This document shows, one piece after another, positions 14,077-27,090 of a stretch of DNA of 64,000 nt. Numbering within the stretch: the stretch's first letter is position 1; every line of letters starts with the position of its first letter. The DNA is from Marsupella aquatica (lineage: Eukaryota > Plantae > Marchantiophyta). Below the pieces are notes generated by a model. The model did not search any database and was not told where the DNA came from. It worked only from the letters and a program-made list of their open reading frames with translations. The stretch is taken from contig OZ316897.1 of NCBI GenBank assembly GCA_973895155.1, forward strand, positions 2,495,416 through 2,559,415. Direction: 5' to 3'. The translations under genes were made by a program, and so were the position numbers.

Positions 14077-15736
14077 TGTTATCAACAGGCCTCGACGCAA
14101 GCTTTATACTGGATTCAATTTGCTTGCTCGTTAATGTCTCCCTCTTCTCCTGTAGATTTCCCGCTTTGCGAACTTTGGAGAATTGTACTCATAGGACGAG
14201 AATAGTGATGGTCTGGTCAAGCAACTTTTATGAATAAACAGACGAAAATCCCCCAGAATCGGCACAAGTGTTTTCTGTCGAGACCATTGTTGATTGGATG
14301 GACAGCCGAGCTCAATTCGGGGCTAATCCTTTCGGACAATCCTTAGCAGGATCCGTATTTTGAAAATTCAGGTTGCATTTGTAGGAATTTCAATCTACCA
14401 AAACTTGGAGGCAACGCGATCGATTCAAATCGTTTGCTCTTGTCGCGAGAACTGTGCAAGAGACTTCAATCCTCTGGTCGGGCGCTGCAGAATGACGACG
14501 GACCAGGGATGCGCTTAGCTGGGCAAGGTCGAAGGGGGCAGTGCAGGGCTCTGATCCTCGTGACCCTGCTTGCCCCCATCAGGTTAGGCGCCACCCTGAT
14601 TCAACGGTATGACCTAGATGGAAACAGCCAACGACCCGTGGAAAGCCGGTACGCAGTCTAATCAGGAGTGGAAACCGTGCAGGATGGAACCGAATTCGGA
14701 AGGCCAATTGCTCTCAAACAAGCTACAGGGACGGAATATTGCTAGTAGCCGAAGAGCGGATCTCATGGGAGATGAAATTATACGCACTAGACACCTTTTT
14801 GCCCTCAAGGGAACCTCAGAATAAAATGGCGAATGCGCGAGTGAGTCATGCATTCACACTCTTTACACAGAAGCTAAGGCACCAACGAGCTGTACAAGCG
14901 ACCCGTGAGAGATCTCACTGCTCTCACTAGTGTGTCCATCATAATTGTGCTAGGCGTCAATGTCCATCTTCGGCAACGGCTCGGTAACCTGATGTGGAGA
15001 ATGATGAAGCGAAGGCATAAACGGCGATTTTGCTGTGATCCCCTGAGATGATCACTCCATAGATACCGCTCTCAATATCACAACACGTTTTCTCCAATGA
15101 AACTATTTTACGGGGAACGACTTTGCTACAGGAGGTTGTACTGTAGTGAAGGTCGAGTAGAGACTAATACTAACATAACACAAGCTTTATCTCTAAATTT
15201 ATGAAATTGAATCTGGCTGGTTGACGAAATCGGGAGAGGTCACACTGCTGTCCCTGGGAGGGGTTTTACACATGGGGAGTTCAACCCATGGATAAAACTA
15301 ACTTGTGAAAGCTACGTGCTCATTCTGGGAATCGTGCCATGTTGGGAAAAAGTCTTCAGACTAGGAAACATTGCAGTGATCCATTGCAATGATACACAGC
15401 TGGATAATCTGCCTACTTAGGAATTGTCACAAGTCGGGACCGTCGACTTTATTTGACGTTCACACGAAACCAGTCAATGACGAAAATTTGACATCAATCA
15501 AGGACACAAACCAAGTTTATGCGGTCGGCAGCAAACCACTGCAGATTACTCATAAAGCACAGAGATGGAAACTTCTGAAATGCTTTGAAACCGAAATTTG
15601 ATTAATTGACTGGTTGCAGCGATGTTTGCTAACACCTCAACCTGCCAAAAATCTACACTAGCTTTACTTTGGTTGAGAGTGAAAATACTGAATACCTCCG
15701 CAACGTTCTGACCCTAGGCATTGACTAATAGCAGCA

Positions 15737-15960
15737 ATGGATCCCATCGGTCTGCCAAAATTTTATCCAGGGACCAATCACGACGGTGAAATATTCTTCC
15801 TATCGTTCCTAGGTGGTAGAAGAACTGACATCCATCCTCCTGGTGAATGGCGGATAACCTCTCTCGAGGCCCCTCCCCCGAGGCCTGGCATTGAGGGTGG
15901 CTGGCTAGCTGGCAGGCCCGAAGAGTTGGTACGCATTGAGATCTGACGCTTCAAGATTCA
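15737..15960 (+). pseudogene. possible degenerate retrotransposon Gag fragment
   Basis: MDPIGLPKFYPGTNHDGEIFFLSF resembles the Gag 'LPKF.G..D...FL..F' start. After a frameshift and a stop, LALRVAG*LAGPKSWY resembles 'L.G.A.SWY'. Confidence 0.3.
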
Positions 15961-17379
15961 AAAGCGTGCCGAAGCTCTTGGAGGTTGGAAAGGATGGGGC
16001 CCAGAAAGTCACTCTAAAGCAATGGTAGGAGGAGAAATCTGTCAAGTAGACAGGCGGTAGTGCCTATTTCTGCGCTAATTTCCTCGTGAGCTACATTGAC
16101 AGTCGCCTACTAGATGGACTGATTATTGTACATAGCCTTGCGGTTGATTACTGAACCATTTAGCAACTAGAATCACGGCGAGCCAGTTGGGGATATGTCT
16201 TATGCTTGATGGATACATCGATTGGGAGAAAGCACTAAGAGCCTCCAGCATCATGGAGGCAAGTGATCCCTTGTTCCTCCTGAGCGACTTCCTTTGGGTC
16301 TGAATCCAGTTGGCTTGCCTGCCTTTATGGGGAAGAGGGTGTTGAGGTGGAAGAAGAATGGCCTTCCTCTGTTTCCCGTCAGGATTCCAGTGGTTTTGGA
16401 TCCAACTCGAATGGCATCTCAAAGTCTTGATTCGCCTCTGCCCTCTTCAGCGTGCTCTTCCACTCGCCCTGGTACCGCTGGCAGAGTACTAGACTGTGCA
16501 AAGAAAGGCTCATCTACCGGGAAATCATCTCGAGTGAAATTCGACTGGCTCAATTTGTCGACCGTCATTCAGTTTACATCCCCTCGGTCCGAGTCTTCCC
16601 AGGAGCAGCAACTCTATCCGTCGGCCAACTCACTCGATTCCCACTCCCCTCCTGAAGTCTGTCAATGATCATCACCCGGAGCGGTCGGACGTTTCTCACA
16701 ATATCTTTCAATTACAGAGCAGAAGGGAAAGAAAGTATCAGTCCGACAGATAAATCATGAAAGCAATTCGTAGTGACTAACGCGGTGGCTTCGTAGATGC
16801 ACTGGCGCTAAGAATCGCGCTTCTGGCAGATCACACACCGCCTGCAAATTACAACTGCATGATTGTGGAGCATCGAGAGACATTGTTAGTTTCCCTAGAG
16901 GTAGTGTCCGGCCAATCGCTGTTGGATTAGGGACAATCAACCTACCCCCTCCTGAAATAATGTTTCAACCACAAGAATTGACGTGCATCTACTGAAGCAA
17001 GTAATAAGAGGAGTTGTAAAGATGATCTCCTACCCACAAAATTCTAGGACTCAAGTTGAGTAAGGGACTAGAAGCTCCATACCCCAAGCGTGCTGCCTCC
17101 AGAGACTTCACCTCAAGAAGCATTCATTCATTCATTTGTCAAGACCAAGCAATATATTGTTGTCTACTGGCTACAGAGATGATAACACGTCGTTGAGCAT
17201 TGTACCCACAGAAAAAGAAGGGTAGCTCCAAACCTCCAATACTTAGAGGAGAATCTGAGGAGTCAAGATTGACTGATCCCTTAGACAGCACGAGGACTGC
17301 GAACCAGAAAGAGACACAGGACACATTCATTCAACCATCCATTCACTGATCCGACCAGTCATTCATTCAGACATTGGTC

Positions 17380-20154
17380 ATGACGCGCGAACATTCTGTG
17401 TTTTACAACATCTTTGAGATCTTCTGCATGGGAGAGCACTTCGCTCTCTGCGATGCGGTCCGGGCGAGGCTTCGCAAGAGCCAGAACCGCTGCCTCTACC
17501 CCAGCCCTGCCAAGGACGACCTTGTGGTCCCCGTGCTCACAGGCGAGGAGCACAAGTCCAAGGTCGAAGCGTGGACGCGGAGCTACTTCTCGTGGGCAAT
17601 GCAGGAGCGTCTGTCGGATGACCAAGCTCTGCTGGTCGCTCTGGAGCATCTCGAAGGCAAGGCTCATGCGTGGGGGCGCTTGTTCAGCACCGGAGCATCG
17701 CTGGAGGACTTCATGTACGCTTTGTGCGAGGAATTCAAGGCTTTCTCCGGTGAAATCGACAGAGGAGAGGCTCACTCCCCGCGCGCCGAGAAAGTAATCC
17801 CGCAGATCAAACACGCGTTCGCTCAAGTAAGAGATCCCTCCATTCCTCGACTCTCCCTCGATCAATTGTTCTCACCATGTCCCGCTCAACTATGGTGAGC
17901 ATTGCCGCAACTCTTTGTACTTAAATTGGAAGACCTCTATTATGAGAAACGCTGCAGAGGGAGGATTCAATGAGAAATCTGTCATAGCTGAATGCTCTCC
18001 ACAGCCTAGGTGGGCAATTGCCAATCGGTCAGTACATTCTTGTCGTTAGAAAATATCAAGCCAATGCTCAATTAACTCAACACAAGAGGGTGACAATGCT
18101 CCCTCTGATGGGAACTCTCCTGGATGAAATAATCCTGCACATGAAACACGCCTTCGCTCATGTAGGAGATCCCTCCATTAATCCAGTCTCCCTCTCTATT
18201 GTACTCATCTATCTATCTATCTAAAATCCCGCCCAAGTATGCTGACGATACGACCACCACTTACGACGCACTTCTATCAAGGTGCTCAAAGCTCGAAGGA
18301 TCCATCGTAGATCTCTCTCTGATCAACAGCAGTAGATACTTGTGGGCTTAACAGAGGCTTGCCCCCTTAGAGTACATCCATGAATTTAGGTGTCATTATA
18401 ACATGCTCAATCCATCATCATAGATCTCTAATAGTGGGTACTAGTTCACTTCAACAAAAGGCTTGCCCCCTTGCCCCCTTCAATTAAAGGCCATCCTTGT
18501 TCCATTTGCAGACTTGGTTATTGCACTAGATGTAAATCATTAGCTTATCACACTATTGCCCTGATAGATTTTTGTCTACTTTTGACTTAGCCTGTTGGGA
18601 GAGGTTTGCATCCCACATGATTACTGGTGCTCACTCATGTCAATATGGCAAAGATTTCATCCTCGTAGGCTATTTTCTACTGCTCCTCCAGAGAGCTTCC
18701 CATGGCTGCTTGATAATTAAGCCTGTGTGGCAAGTTAGTTCGAACCATCACTGACTAGAGAAAGGGGGAAAGTTCAATTAGTAGTGCAGGGTTTTTTATC
18801 TGAAGTGGGAAACATGGTCCAATCTAAATACTAAGCCGGTAGTTGGGATAAATCCATCTGGGTGGTATAGAAAACGTGACTGAGCAGTAGAGAAGAGTGG
18901 ATCTCCGGATTCTGAGCGTCGTTCACAAAGTCTGGAGGACAGCATTAAGGATGTGTTTCTGATTTCTCCCTTGGAAACTAAGAGGAACCCTGCGACGTCA
19001 CTAGTGTTCCCAGCGTCTGGGGTGGTAAACTTGAATGATAAGGGAACCAAGGGCCAACCAGACTAAGAGAAATATAAATGAGAAGGTGCTTCATCTCTGC
19101 GAGAAAAAACCAAGTGACCAATCTAGTAGACGCTAGAAATGGATATCTGCACATGACGTGGGATTCTGACATCATCACTGATTGAATTGATTGAACTTTC
19201 AAACAGATGCAAGAGATCACGTGTGTGCGATTCTCCTACAGAGAATTGGCTTATGCTACGAACATTTTCTCAAGCAACAATCTGATCAAGGAGAATGAGA
19301 TTGGATGGTTATATCAAGGACGGCTGCCAGACAAGCGGCTGGTAGCCGTGAGAAGATTAAAAAAACCAGTCTGTTGCAGTGAAACGACAATTGAGCAGCT
19401 ACAAAGGGAAGTAAAGACCCTCTCTCTGATTAATCATCACAATCTAATCAGACTCCTGGGATGCTGTCTTGAGCCTGATGAGCCACTCCTTGTCTTTGAG
19501 TTTGAGCCAAGAGGTAACCTAGCACAGCATTTGCAAAGAGAGAAAGGTCGTGGATTAGACTGGGAAACAAGGTTTACTATAGCCCTCGAAGCAGCTGATG
19601 GGTTGTCTCACCTGCACCACGCCTGCACCCCTCCTTTGTTTCACAGAAATCTGAAATCTTCTAATATTCTTCTGGACGAGGACCTGAGACCGAAAATCAC
19701 AGGTTTTGGCATCTCCAAGTCCATGTTCGCTAAGGATTTTACACCATTGCCAGAATCAAAAATTGGTTACATTGATCCCAGCTATGCCCAGACTTACAGA
19801 TTCACAGAGAAAAGTGATGTCTATAGCTTCGGTGTGATTCTAATGGAGCTGGTGTCTAGCAAGAAAGTAGTGGACTTCAGCAGACCTGCCGGAGAGATCA
19901 CTCTTGCGGCTTTAGCTTTCACCAAGAAAAAACTTGGTTATACAGAATTCAAGGACCTGTTTGACCCACAGCTCAAAAATTTGGGAAAGACGTGCCTCTC
20001 TACAATACATGAAGTAGCACTACTGGCTCTCAAGTGCATGGCTCTGGATGGAGATGCCCGACCATCCATGAAAGAGGTTTCAGATCAGTTGCGCATGATT
20101 CAAGATAGGGAGGTCATCAGAACAAAGAGAGGTGACAGCGAATTCATGCAATAG
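17380..20154 (+). CDS. Gag-capsid-like domain / RLK-Pelle pseudokinase fusion gene 3 (exons 17380-17826 and 19207-20154)
   Basis: Exon 1 is the clearest Gag-like match (VPVLTGEE..VEAW...WA...LSDDQALLVALEHLEGKAHAW...SLEDFMYALCEEF). The strong phase-0 donor CAA|GTAAGA at 17826/17827 matches the phase-0 acceptor AAACAG|ATG at 19206/19207. The kinase lacks the Gly loop (IKENEIG), the VAIK Lys (VAVRR), the HRD Asp (HRN) and the DFG Asp (GFG). Confidence 0.82.
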
Positions 20155-20957
20155 CAAGTCAACAAATCAAAACTATCCATTCACAACATCAAAAGTCCGT
20201 CATGTAGTCCAGAATCGAAATGTAGATGTACAGTACATGATTGAGAATTATTTTTTATCCAAGGACAAGAATAGATAGAGAGTTTTGCAACAAGACTATT
20301 TTTTATAGCTCAAGATGCTATACCATTGTCAACAACAATTAACCAGATTGAGGCCTCATGATGCTCTCATGCAAAGCATGGAAACAAGCAAAATGACCGG
20401 CATACTGTAAAGTGTTAACTTGCGAACTTTAGAATGAGAATGACTCGTCTGATGTAAAAATATGCAGCAAACAAACTCAAAAACGCAACCTATGCTGATC
20501 ATCTGCCCTCTAAGCAGTAGAACCAACGCAGTAGGTATTATGCCTTTGCCTCTGTCGTGACAGGATCTGTCATTAACTCGTAAACATGCATTCGCTAATT
20601 GTTTGAGTGAAATCCTCTGGACATAAAGATGGACCAAAAATTCCATATCACACTTCAAAAGATTTGCACAAGTTCGTTATTATTACAATTATCAACAACA
20701 TGAGTCAGTCGACCAATAGAAGATTCTATGGACTAGCTATACGATGGAAATGCCATCGAAACAGGCTGCATAATATGGACTTCTAATGTAAGTAGCTGGC
20801 CAATCTACACCGCAGTGCTGAGCTCGGAATATCTTACAGGTAGCTGCTAGCAAGGAGCAGAAAATTGTATATCAGCCAATTACCAATGTGGGTGAGATTG
20901 AATAACAGCATCGTAAGACTTATACGATGGAATTGGCGTACTTAAATGAACGCAGAG

Positions 20958-23676
20958 TTATTCATCTCGCCGCACTGCATCAGTCATCCAGCAATGTTCA
21001 TATGGCCCTTCCTCCTAAAAAATTAAGTTCCCACATCAGAATGAAGCATTGTAAAATTGTACTTGCCAGTCAACAGCCGCAGTAAATGCCACCTGTCTGA
21101 AACTCAGCAATCATAACCATCCTTCGACAGAGAGTCCTCTGAAGTGAGTAAACTGACAGACGCGTTCAGTGAAGCACTCTGCCGACCTAAGGAAGTAATT
21201 TTGAGAAAACTCCAAGGAGAAGGCACTTCATCCACAACCGACCCATCTCTGTCCATTCATGACTGATGTATCCTTGATCCTATTAGCAGGAACTATACTT
21301 TTGGGGGGCTGATAAAGCAGACTGACCTGACGAGTTAAAGACCATTGGAAGGTCGCTTGTTTACCGTTGTGCCCTTTTATTACTACACGCTGCACAAACA
21401 TCCATTAAAGGTGATATTGTTGCAGTCCAGCCCAATCAGTGAGGCACGACAAGTACGGTTTTCTCGGAAACCAAAGCATGCGTGGACCAAACAAACTTGA
21501 AACTCTTAGACAGAAACAAGAAATCACGAGTGGAACGGTCGTCTTTGCAGAGGGCAGATTGTACTAAGCTTAGATTTCTGTATGAAAGTAATGACGTAGT
21601 GTGCACTGTAAAGTAACCACCTGCTGAAAGCGGTTACTGCTGATTGTGATTGTGCTCAGAATCTCTGCACTCGTATGCCCAATCATGACCTGGAAGATTT
21701 ACATCAGTAGATTAATGAGCACAATAACATCAAAATGGGAAGTAAGTACTCATGTTCAGGCCCCAATAGCAACTAAAGCTTTGGACACATGAGCAAATTT
21801 CTTTCGCAACGCAGTGATCCTGGTTGACTCATACTACTCACATTGTATGCCCTGCCTTCTAGCATTTCCGAGAATCGTAGAAGAGGACCTGTGCGTGCTT
21901 TGTTGGTTGGTGAAGCGAATTCAAATCTGTTAAAATAATCAATGACTGACCTTCAGATATTCAACTAGAAAACAGAGGGAAGAATTCATTACAAGGCAGA
22001 AAACGAGAACTCTGTTTCGAACATGACAAAGGATATCTGCGTAAAATTCATCTCATTCTTTCGATACATACACAGTGGCAAGATCATTTTCTCGCAAAGC
22101 CTTCAGTTGTGCCTTAACAACGTCAGCAGGATGCACCTGAGGATTACAAGCAGTATCAGATTCAGATGGTTCTCAGATTAGTTTTATGATGTTTGACGAG
22201 TCATTTAAAGTTTCGGAAATCTCTTCGAAGATTGGCAGAAACATTGACCAACAACAGAGATAAACGGCATGCTCGTCCTCATTGACTTTGAAAGGTCTCC
22301 AAGAGCATGTTGGCCAATTTGCCCAAAATTAATGAATCACTAGTGAGATGGAGAACGACCGCAATTCAGGATCCTACATCCCACCTTTTCGACCTAGTCA
22401 AGGTAAGAGGACAAGGAGGAGCTACATGAAAAGCAAAATGAAAAGAGTACTTCAGAATAAATGACATTAGAGATATCTTAGAATGCCTAAACCAGAAATA
22501 CATGGTTTAGGGTCACAAACCTCTGGATGTGGCTTTGTTGGTGGGGCCTGCTCACCACCCCTGTATAAAAAGTTCCACGTTATCTCAGCTTATTATGGTT
22601 GATCCACAAACACAGTACCACATGTCATTTCATTTCCTTTCGTTTCATTCCCTTATCTCACAGAAGAGAATGTGTCTCTTCACACTTAATCTTATCTGAC
22701 TACCTACTCGAAAGACTGTCTTATAACATTGACTGGGTGACAGATTTGTAAAGTTAATTGGACCAGGAGACAGAAAGTGTGAAATGCAAGTTCTAAAGAA
22801 GATAAGAGCTAAATCTGAGCATCTTCAAGTGCTTGGCTTTCTGCAGCATTACTTATTTGTGTTCAACATCCACCGCTTTCTTTCACATAGATGCTCATTG
22901 TTCTCAATCTCTGTACTCACTCCGAATTGATCCGCTGACCACATTACGATAAACCCGATCCCGTGTGATATACATTAGACTTTAAAGTTTAGTCACGGAG
23001 GTCTACTGGACCCAACTACGATCGCATCAGTCCAAAAATAGCTTCGGCTCCAGTTGTTAAGAAGTCATCTCCAATATCCAGTGAAGAACTCACTAAGTCG
23101 AAGCATGCCGTCTAAAACATAAATTTGCCCAGTATCTTACCCATTCTGACTTGGTAAAGTCTGATCTGAATCCGCTGTAGCTGCAGCAATGACAGCAATT
23201 TCTCGCCTTCCAAATGGACTGATCCTTCTTGCGCACCTGTCGCTGCAAGTGCCATACTCTGAAGGTGGCAACTGTCCAGGATGCTTCCTAGTTGCATCCA
23301 GGCCAATGCTTGAGCAAAGTGCCGAAATCCAATCGTCTCTAACAACAGAAACAGTTGACCTGCCTGCCCCCCTCCTCTTCGATCCCTCAGCACTGGCAAC
23401 AAGGAATTGCGTGGAAAACTTTAAAGTCAATCTCTGTCCGGTTTTCAATGGCAAAGACCTACGCCGTGGTGGAGTTACGGGAGTAAATAGGGTAGCCCTG
23501 TGATACTCTTCTCCACTAGGATCCTGAAACTTGACGGGGCTTCGCCATCCACTGGAAGAAGGTAAGGGACCTGCATACTTCGCTGGACAAGACCATTCCG
23601 AACCACGGCATTGATCAATTCTACCCAGAGGTGTACTTCCCAGTGCAAGTAGGGCAACTGGACCATCCGATCCCAT
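20958..23676 (-). CDS. DUF4864-domain protein with long N-terminal, probably plastid-targeting extension (7 exons)
   Basis: Spliced exons with GT-AG borders give PHPE/VHPADVVKAQLKALRENDLATV/FEFASPTNKARTGPLLRFSEMLEGRAYN/VMIGHTSAEILS.../RVVIKG...FQWSLTRQ/EEGPYEHCWMTDAVRRDE*, the typical DUF4864 pattern. Confidence 0.85.
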
Positions 23677-26600
23677 AATTTATCTTTCCAGGCCTCAGAG
23701 GGAAGAAGTTCCCTTAAATTCCAGAAAAAGAAACGACCCCTTTCAGGTCTCACTTTCTGACTATCAAGCAGTAGGCGTGCAATGCGGTCTATGGAAGAAG
23801 AAAGTATATGGATGACAAACTGCTCAACCGACGTTACGCCACGATCTCTTCGCCTCAAGTGCTTGATCATTAATCATAAAATCTTAGCCGGAATTCCAGA
23901 ATGTAGACATATGTAATCGATAGAATCTGCAGACAAACGAAACACACGAGCAGTTGAGAAACTCAAATTCATGAATGCACGCAGATGTTTCTATAGTACA
24001 GACGGACGTTACAACTTAGATTTTTGAAGCGTGGGTGCATCCAATACTGATCGCGACAAAAGCCTAGAGAAACCTGGTTTGAAGCAACTACGACTCGCAC
24101 AATAATTGCTGTGACTATTCCATCAATTCCATTTAATCGATGTTAATGGATGGCAAACTTATTAGCTGCCGTTGGCCAACTACTGGAGTGGACTCGCTGG
24201 CCCATATTGTATCAAGCCTCCTAACGAGGATGTGACCCATGCATTGCATTTGATTTCGGGCTTTCTGTGACGAGGCTCAATCATTCATTCTCACCCAGTT
24301 GCAGTGTTATACAGTTAATACAAATTTGCCTCAACTACTACGCAACACAGGGAGGGTGCAGGAAGAAAAAGAGCACAATACCGCACGGATATCATAATAA
24401 TATTTCTAATTCTTCCTCAGCTTACGCACTTTCGAAACGATTTCCAGGATGAAATCGTAGCCTACCATTCTTTCATTCATATTCATTCTCTGGATAAAAT
24501 GGGCCGGATTGCTAGGGCAGAAGCTATCTCTATATGCATAATGTCACGGAAATGAAAAGGACAGAGAAGACGGAAATGATATATGACACAGACTTCGTCC
24601 CCCTATCATGTCGAGTTACTCTCCATAGAACACACATCTATGGTGTGCAGCCAAATTGGGGACCAAAAGCTTCCTACTTCAATTAAACGAAGCAATGACT
24701 GCTCGAAGAGATCACCTATAAGGTTTGATTTAATCCTCGTTAATAATATTGATAGAACGCCGGCAAAGTACGGTTTGATGCGGTCAGGTAGGTGGGTAAT
24801 TCGTTCGTAGCAATTTGCCAGCGACTTTATGCAAGCGGGTGGCAGGAAATTCTCTTCTCTCCTCCGGGTTTCAAGTACAAAACGAGGCCGATCGCAGCCT
24901 ACCTGGATAGACTTTGCTTCTTCAACTCAAGAGTCTCACTAAATCCGCCTCCCTTTTAAAGCCCTTTTTCCCCGAAACAAACTAAGAAATTGGTTTGTTT
25001 CAACTGAATATTCACTACAATTCATACTCTTCAGCCCCGGCCCTCCTCTCGAAGTCCTTTCTGCCCCAACTAAACTAAGCAATAACTTTACGTCTACTCA
25101 AGATTCTCGATAATTCTACCTCCTCCTCCCGAGTCGAAGTGCTTTCCTGCCCGACAACAAACTACAGAATCACTTTGCTTCGGCTCAAGATTCTGAAAAT
25201 GATTCCTCCTCCTCGTCAACTTCGCTTCTCGAACTAAGTCTCTACTGTCCCGGAATGGCTTTGTTTCTGTCAAGAATGTCAATAATTCCTCGTGCTGACC
25301 CACACTCTTGGAGTCCTTTCTATCATAAACAAGTAAAGGTGGCACGGTGGAAGCAGGGCGAGGATGAGCGACCGAAAGTAAAGCTGGCGCTGACTTTGAC
25401 AAAAGGTGGTGCAAATTCGAACTACGGCCAAATTCGAACTCGTCCCTGTAGCGCAGAGTTGGAATCGTTGCAGTACACGAGTTTTAAGATGAAAAGATCA
25501 GCGCTGTTCTAATGTCCTGCCTTCGTTGAATCCCTTCCGGTAGCACGATCCTCCACGTTCTCGCTCCGGGGCTTGCGGGCCTATCTACCTCTCCTCTTCT
25601 ATCCTGTGCCCGTCGTTAATTCATCAACTAGCGATACGTCCTGTTTTACTCTTTGCCTCCCTGCTTTCCCTTACCTTGAAGCACCAGGCTCCGTAGGAAT
25701 GAAACCACCGCACTTCTGCTTCAGACTACAAATAAAATAATGCGTTCATCTGCTCCTAATTGCCACGCAGTACACCAGTAGTCTCGCAGGTGCATTCAGG
25801 GACGGTACTGTTCAGTGTACCACAGAAGTAGAGTGGAACGAGCTTCCCTTCAACAGTCGGTCAAGCCGGAATCCCGGACGCCAGGAAGCCAAACGTCAAT
25901 CCGCACCGTCCACATGCAGCCAAAAAGCATGAGACCTCCGGTAAACACGGATCTGGCTGAGGAATACCGTATCTTTTTCTCCGACAGACATTGCGTGTGT
26001 GCTATGCCCTCTCTCTCACCGATTAAGGACTCACACACGACAAGATTGTGGAGAACTCATCCGAAACAGTAGTACAAGAAAGAAAGGAAATTGAAGAAAG
26101 AAAGGCTCCAGAATGAGGAGCACCTGTTAGCTTCGATCAATTGGTGACCCGATTCCTCCGAGGTGTAGGCCCTGCACCGCAACCGCGCCACTCCCAGCCG
26201 TTCCTTGCCTTTCAATCCCTTACTTCACAACACACAATTGGCACCCGAAAGCGAGGGCCACACGCGGCGTCCTCGGTTCGTCAAAAGAAGCACACAGACT
26301 TCCATCAGTCTTTTCCTTCTCGTCTTGATCGATGAACACACTCCATCTGCCACAATCTTAGTACCAATCGGCAGCTACGAGTACGCAAAGTGTATGAAGA
26401 AAACAATTCCGAAGATGAGGAGACTGAACTTCAAACTTGAAGTGCAATAGTTTCGTCCCTCACCCGTTCATTGCTGGTGATGAACAGCAATTAATGAACA
26501 GCAATTAAGTATCTTGCTCTGCGTTTCGACTTGCTGCCATGGATGGATGGATGGATCGATCGATCCACCGATTCAATGCATGAGAGCTGCTCAGTGAGCT

Positions 26601-26824
26601 TCTCGAGTTCGGAATTTTCTATGGTGGAAAGGGCAAATCCACTTTTCCCATCCATTGTTGTGACGAGAGAATCATGAATTGCTCTGCCACCGCCATCCCA
26701 ATCCTGTGAGAGGGTTCCAGAAAAGCAATGACGACGTGGGGCCACCCAATTCCATGGAACCCGATAAGCAGGGCCAAAAGGAGATTCCCAAAAGACTCCC
26801 ACCCTAGCAAGAGTCATTTCCTGT

Positions 26825-27090
26825 GTGTAATGAGTGTTTGGTCTGGGTTTACTTGTCTATTGTATGCACAGGGTAATGAGTGGCATAGGGTAATGAGTGT
26901 TTGGTATGGGTTTAGATGTCTGTAACCATGTGACCAGAAAATGAAGGTCAGGTGAACAGAAAATGAAGGTCAGGTATGTGTAGGGTTGTGACCAGAAAGT
27001 GAAGGTCAAGTATGCATAGGGTAATGAGTGTTTGGTCTGGGTTCACTAGTCTGTAACCCTGTGACCACCCTGTGACCAGAAAGTGAAAAA
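26825..27090. repeat. patchwork of short interspersed direct repeats
   Basis: Multiple copies of GTAATGAGTGTTTGGT(C/A)TGGGTT and GTGACCAGAAA(A/G)TGAAGGTCA. Confidence 0.7.

Noticed and set aside
17359-17865. 168-aa minus-strand ORF and a 127-aa alternate-frame ORF
   Set aside because: They are shadow frames of the GC-rich Gag-like exon of gene 3.
9864-17898. Interpreting the Gag-like exons as ordinary gypsy insertions
   Set aside because: No LTRs or pol were seen, the frames are intact, and all three have the same position and orientation upstream of a kinase with phase-matched splice sites.
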